Of a stretch of DNA of 64,000 nt, positions 60,178-64,000 are shown piece by piece. Position 1 is the stretch's first letter; every line of letters begins with the position of its first letter. Location: the NCBI GenBank assembly GCA_047495785.1, contig JBLDXI010000026.1:62001-126000 (forward strand), given 5' to 3'. The stretch comes from Lepidodermella squamata. Taxonomy: Eukaryota; Animalia; Gastrotricha. The position numbers and the translations under genes are program-made. The notes below the pieces were generated by a model, which was given only the letters and a program-made list of their open reading frames with translations, was not told the origin of the DNA and made no database searches.

Positions 60178-60444
60178 ATGAAATCTCTCATTTTGCTTCT
60201 CGCTATTGGCATGGCTGTAATTCTCATGGTCGATTGTGATGTGGTCCGTGGGGTGTCAGGTGCTCGAGGCGAAGATCAAGCGCGCCTTCGTAGAGATGCG
60301 GTCAGGACTGGAGAGTCAGGCCCTCGAGGTAATGACCAAGCGCGCCTTCGTAGAGATGCGGCCAAGACTGGAGAGTCAGGTCCTGTAGGCGATGATCAAT
60401 TGCGCCTTCGCCTTCGTCGGGCTGCTTCCGGTCCTAAAAAATAA
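60178..60444 (+). CDS. Secreted repeat-peptide precursor with RLRR cleavage sites
   Basis: MKSLILLLAIGMAVILMVDC|DVVRGVSGARGEDQARLRR|DAVRTGESGPRGNDQARLRR|DAAKTGESGPVGDDQLRLRLRR|AASGPKK; TATAAAA at about 60089. Confidence 0.85.
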   Translation: MKSLILLLAIGMAVILMVDCDVVRGVSGARGEDQARLRRDAVRTGESGPRGNDQARLRRDAAKTGESGPVGDDQLRLRLRRAASGPKK

Positions 60445-60880
60445 CAAAACTGGAGCGATCCCTGACGGAATTGACCCGCAAAAGATACATGTAATTTTAA
60501 GACCCCCGAATGTTTCTGGTTCATTCATTGAATCATCATTATATTTATTCACTCGCAAGTGCGATTCCGATTTGCGCGGGTGCACAGCGCTTTTGTTATT
60601 TCGTTATAAGGTTATCAAGGCAATTGCTGTCGAGACACTATTTTTTAACGATATCATTCAACTAATAAAATTGATATGAAATGTTGTCGAGGATTCGTAC
60701 GGCGGAATCAAACCAGCTGTGTGTCGCCTCCATATTGGTGTTAGTAGATTCGAGGGATCGGAGGGACCTAAAACGGATTGGCGAGCACGGCGAGCAGCTA
60801 ACAGATGATGAAAAGTTTCCAAGAAACGATACCGTCAACTGGGGTGACTTTGCCATGCGAAAATGGGGTGACTTTAGCAC

Positions 60881-61162
60881 AGCAATTCTCGAAGGTAGCC
60901 TCGCTGATACCCTTCGAGTGGGGTACCGTTGAATAGCACGCATAGAAGGCAGCCCAAATATGACGGAATACGAGCATTTTGATCCTGCTTTACTGCGCTT
61001 TACTGCGGAGTCATCAAAATTTTGCCAAAAAGCAAAATGTTTCATAAACTTCACCTGTCTTTAATCCTCAGGTAAGTATAGACATAAATGCTTGCCTTTT
61101 CTAGGGCTATCCAACGGTACCCCACTCGAAGGGTATCAGCCTGGCTACCTTCGAGAATTGCT
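60881..61162. repeat. ~57-bp inverted repeat with ~170-bp spacer
   Basis: AGCAATTCTCGAAGGTAGCC..GCTGATACCCTTCGAGTGGGGTACCGTTG vs reverse complement at 61106-61162. Confidence 0.85.
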
Positions 61163-61939
61163 TTGTATTGATATCGCAGATGACCAGCTAAGACAACCGT
61201 TTGATTAGAACCACCTTTTTGATTAGGATATCCGAAACACAAAAATCAGGTCTCCATAGCCACAAAAATGAAAGTAGTTCTGCCATTTTTAATAATGTGG
61301 AACATTTCATTTAATCGATACATGTATAAGGTTTGAGATGGATTTCTTGTGAGAACAATTGTCGGTTAAATATCAATCTGAACCCATGCTTCGTTGCCGC
61401 ATTGTTACCCAATGTTCATGCAACATGCGGTCAATGAAAGCTCGTAGGTAAAGCTTGTCGAGACGAATCCAACGATACCCAACCCAAGGTAGTAGCGAAC
61501 CTGCATGAGTTGGCCGAATTTAGGGCATTCGGTTCTTAATTCTGGGCGGAGGCCTAGGTGACCTTCAAACTAGCCATAAATCAAGGTAAAATCTTCCGGA
61601 CTTGAAGAAACCGGCATTCGATAGACCAACAACTCCTCTATAATTCAGTTTTTTCTTATTTTTTTCCTAAAAGTTCGCCTGGCTGGGAAAAAGCCCAAAA
61701 ATCACTGCTTTGAAGTCAGCAGCGAAATTTAGCAGCTGAGAAAACTATCACTGTTATAGAGTTGCCGCTTTGTAACAAAGTTGTTATGGACCTCCGCAAT
61801 CGATTGACATCAAATTTGCCCATATAACACTCACCTGTCGCTCACCTGCGAATATCGCTGCTGAATTCACGTTTCAGGGTGTCCACATCGTGTTTTTCTT
61901 AGCAGCTGTGCTTGACATGCACTATTCGAGTGCCGTGAT

Positions 61940-64000
61940 AATTGTTATGGGTGTTATCGACCCTGCTGAGTCTGATTTTGACTTCAATTTTCTGATCCGA
62001 GTCATCCCTGACCTAGTTTCGGACAATTATCTGCTAAAAAGGGTGTCTAAATCGCTTTGAACGTCGCAGCTGAGCTCGATGTGGGTGTTATGGCTTTCGG
62101 AATACCGTAGACTACCGTAATCGACCCCGCTGAACATTGTTATGACATTTTTTTCACGATGGGATTCATCCTTGACCTAGTTTCAGACAATTATCTGATG
62201 ATGATCTCGGAATTTCGCGTCAAACTCACCTTGACGATGGCAGCTGAGCTCAATTTATGTGTTATGGCCGTCGGTATATCTTAAACTACCGTAATCGACC
62301 CTGCTGGACATTGTTATGACATTTGTTTCATGATTGGATTCATCCCTGACCTAGTTTCGGACATTATTCTGTTCTTAGGTTGGGAATTTCGCGTCAAACC
62401 CACTTTGAACGTCGCAGCTGAGCTCGATGTGGGTGTTATGGCTTTCGGAATACCGTAGACTACCGTAATCGACCCCGCTGAACATTGTTATGACATTTGT
62501 TTCATGATTGGATTCATCCCTGACCTAGTTTCGGACATTATTCTGTTCTTAGGTTGGGAATTTCGCGTCAAACCCACTTTGAACGTCGCAGCTGAGCTCG
62601 ATTTGGGTGTTATGGCCGCCGCGATGCCGTGAAATACCGTAATCGACCCTGCTGAAGATTGTTATGACATTTGTTTCATGATTGGATTCATCCCTGACCT
62701 AGTTTCGGACATTATTCTGTTCTTAGGTTGGGAATTTCGCGTCAAACCCACTTTGAACGTCGCAGCTGAGCTCGATGTGGGTGTTATGGCTTTCGGAATA
62801 CCGTAGACTACCGTAATCGACCCTGCTGAAGATTGTTATGACATTTGTTTCATGATTGGATTCATCCCTGACCTAGTTTCGGACATTATTCTGTTCTTAG
62901 GTTGGGAATTTCGCGTCAAACCCACTTTGAACGTCGCAGCTGAGCTCGATGTGGGTGTTATGGCTTTCGGAATACCGTAGACTACCGTAATCGACCCTGC
63001 TGAAGATTGTTATGACATTTGTTTCATGATTGGATTCATCCCTGACCTAGTTTCGGACATTATTCTGTTCTTAGGTTGGGAATTTCGCGTCAAACCCACT
63101 TTGAACGTCGCAGCTGAGCTCGATGTGGGTGTTATGGCTTTCGGAATACCGTAGACTACCGTAATCGACCCCGCTGAACATTGTTATGACATTTGTTTCA
63201 TGATTGGATTCATCCCTGACCTAGTTTCGGACATTATTCTGTTCTTAGGTTGGGAATTTCGCGTCAAACCCACTTTGAACGTCGCAGCTGAGCTCGATGT
63301 GGGTGTTATGGCTTTCGGAATACCGTAGACTACCGTAATCGACCCCGCTGAACATTGTTATGACATTTGTTTCATGATTGGATTCATCCCTGACCTAGTT
63401 TCGGACATTATTCTGTTCTTAGGTTGGGAATTTCGCGTCAAACCCACTTTGAACGTCGCAGCTGAGCTCGATGTGGGTGTTATGGCTTTCGGAATACCGT
63501 AGACTACCGTAATCGACCCTGCTGAAGATTGTTATGACATTTGTTTCATGATTGGATTCATCCCTGACCTAGTTTCGGACATTATTCTGTTCTTAGGTTG
63601 GGAATTTCGCGTCAAACCCACTTTGAACGTCGCAGCTGAGCTCGATGTGGGTGTTATGGCTTTCGGAATACCGTAGACTACCGTAATCGACCCCGCTGAA
63701 CATTGTTATGACATTTGTTTCATGATTGGATTCATCCCTGACCTAGTTTCGGACATTATTCTGTTCTTAGGTTGGGAATTTCGCGTCAAACCCACTTTGA
63801 ACGTCGCAGCTGAGCTCGATGTGGGTGTTATGGCTTTCGGAATACCGTAGACTACCGTAATCGACCCCGCTGAACATTGTTATGACATTTGTTTCATGAT
63901 TGGATTCATCCCTGACCTAGTTTCGGACATTATTCTGTTCTTAGGTTGGGAATTTCGCGTCAAACCCACTTTGAACGTCGCAGCTGAGCTCGATTTGGGT
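61940..64000. repeat. 174-bp tandem satellite, ~12 units, running off the window end
   Basis: GTCGCAGCTGAGCTCGAT recurs at 62411, 62585, 62759, 62933, 63107, 63281, 63455, 63629, 63803, 63977; the first two units are diverged. Confidence 0.97.

Noticed and set aside
60662-61242. ORFs 60681 (+) and 61051 (-) sharing AILEGS.ADTLRVGYR as paralogous proteins
   Set aside because: The identity is just the translation of a DNA inverted repeat
61940-64000. Satellite as a CRISPR array or repeat-protein gene (174 nt = 58 codons; one + frame has only one stop per unit)
   Set aside because: No unique spacers and no cas genes; the ORF track shows no ORF here; one stop per unit in one of six frames is compatible with chance

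Overview
Eukaryotic DNA from a compact-genome invertebrate animal (short GT-AG introns of about 50-60 nt; species not determinable from sequence). 1-10.8 kb is mostly intronic/intergenic, with three exons of a low-complexity protein. It is followed by back-to-back 3' halves of MOB4 and GDAP2, a divergent nuclear receptor, a NEK-like kinase-ankyrin fusion, a frameshifted catalytically dead LamG-like/trypsin protein, an intact hAT transposon (TIRs + 8-bp TSD), two head-to-tail Penelope-like retroelements, a WAP-like Cys-rich protein, an intronless bacterial-type GNAT, Cu/Zn-SOD, two RNF217-like RBR ligases, a Cys-rich type I membrane protein, a repeat-peptide precursor, several MITE/foldback repeats and a terminal 174-bp satellite. 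Two things stand out. (1) About ten single-exon genes or pseudogenes for secreted pre-pro-peptides ending in a 4-Cys CxxxC...CxxxC helical-hairpin-type motif are spread over 13.9-51 kb, including a recently duplicated subfamily with conserved signal/pro-regions and hypervariable mature peptides (toxin/defence-peptide-like). (2) The Penelope-like elements lack a GIY-YIG endonuclease and carry a conserved ATG-less C2H2 zinc-finger 3' exon that could be spliced onto the N-terminus in place of the RT.
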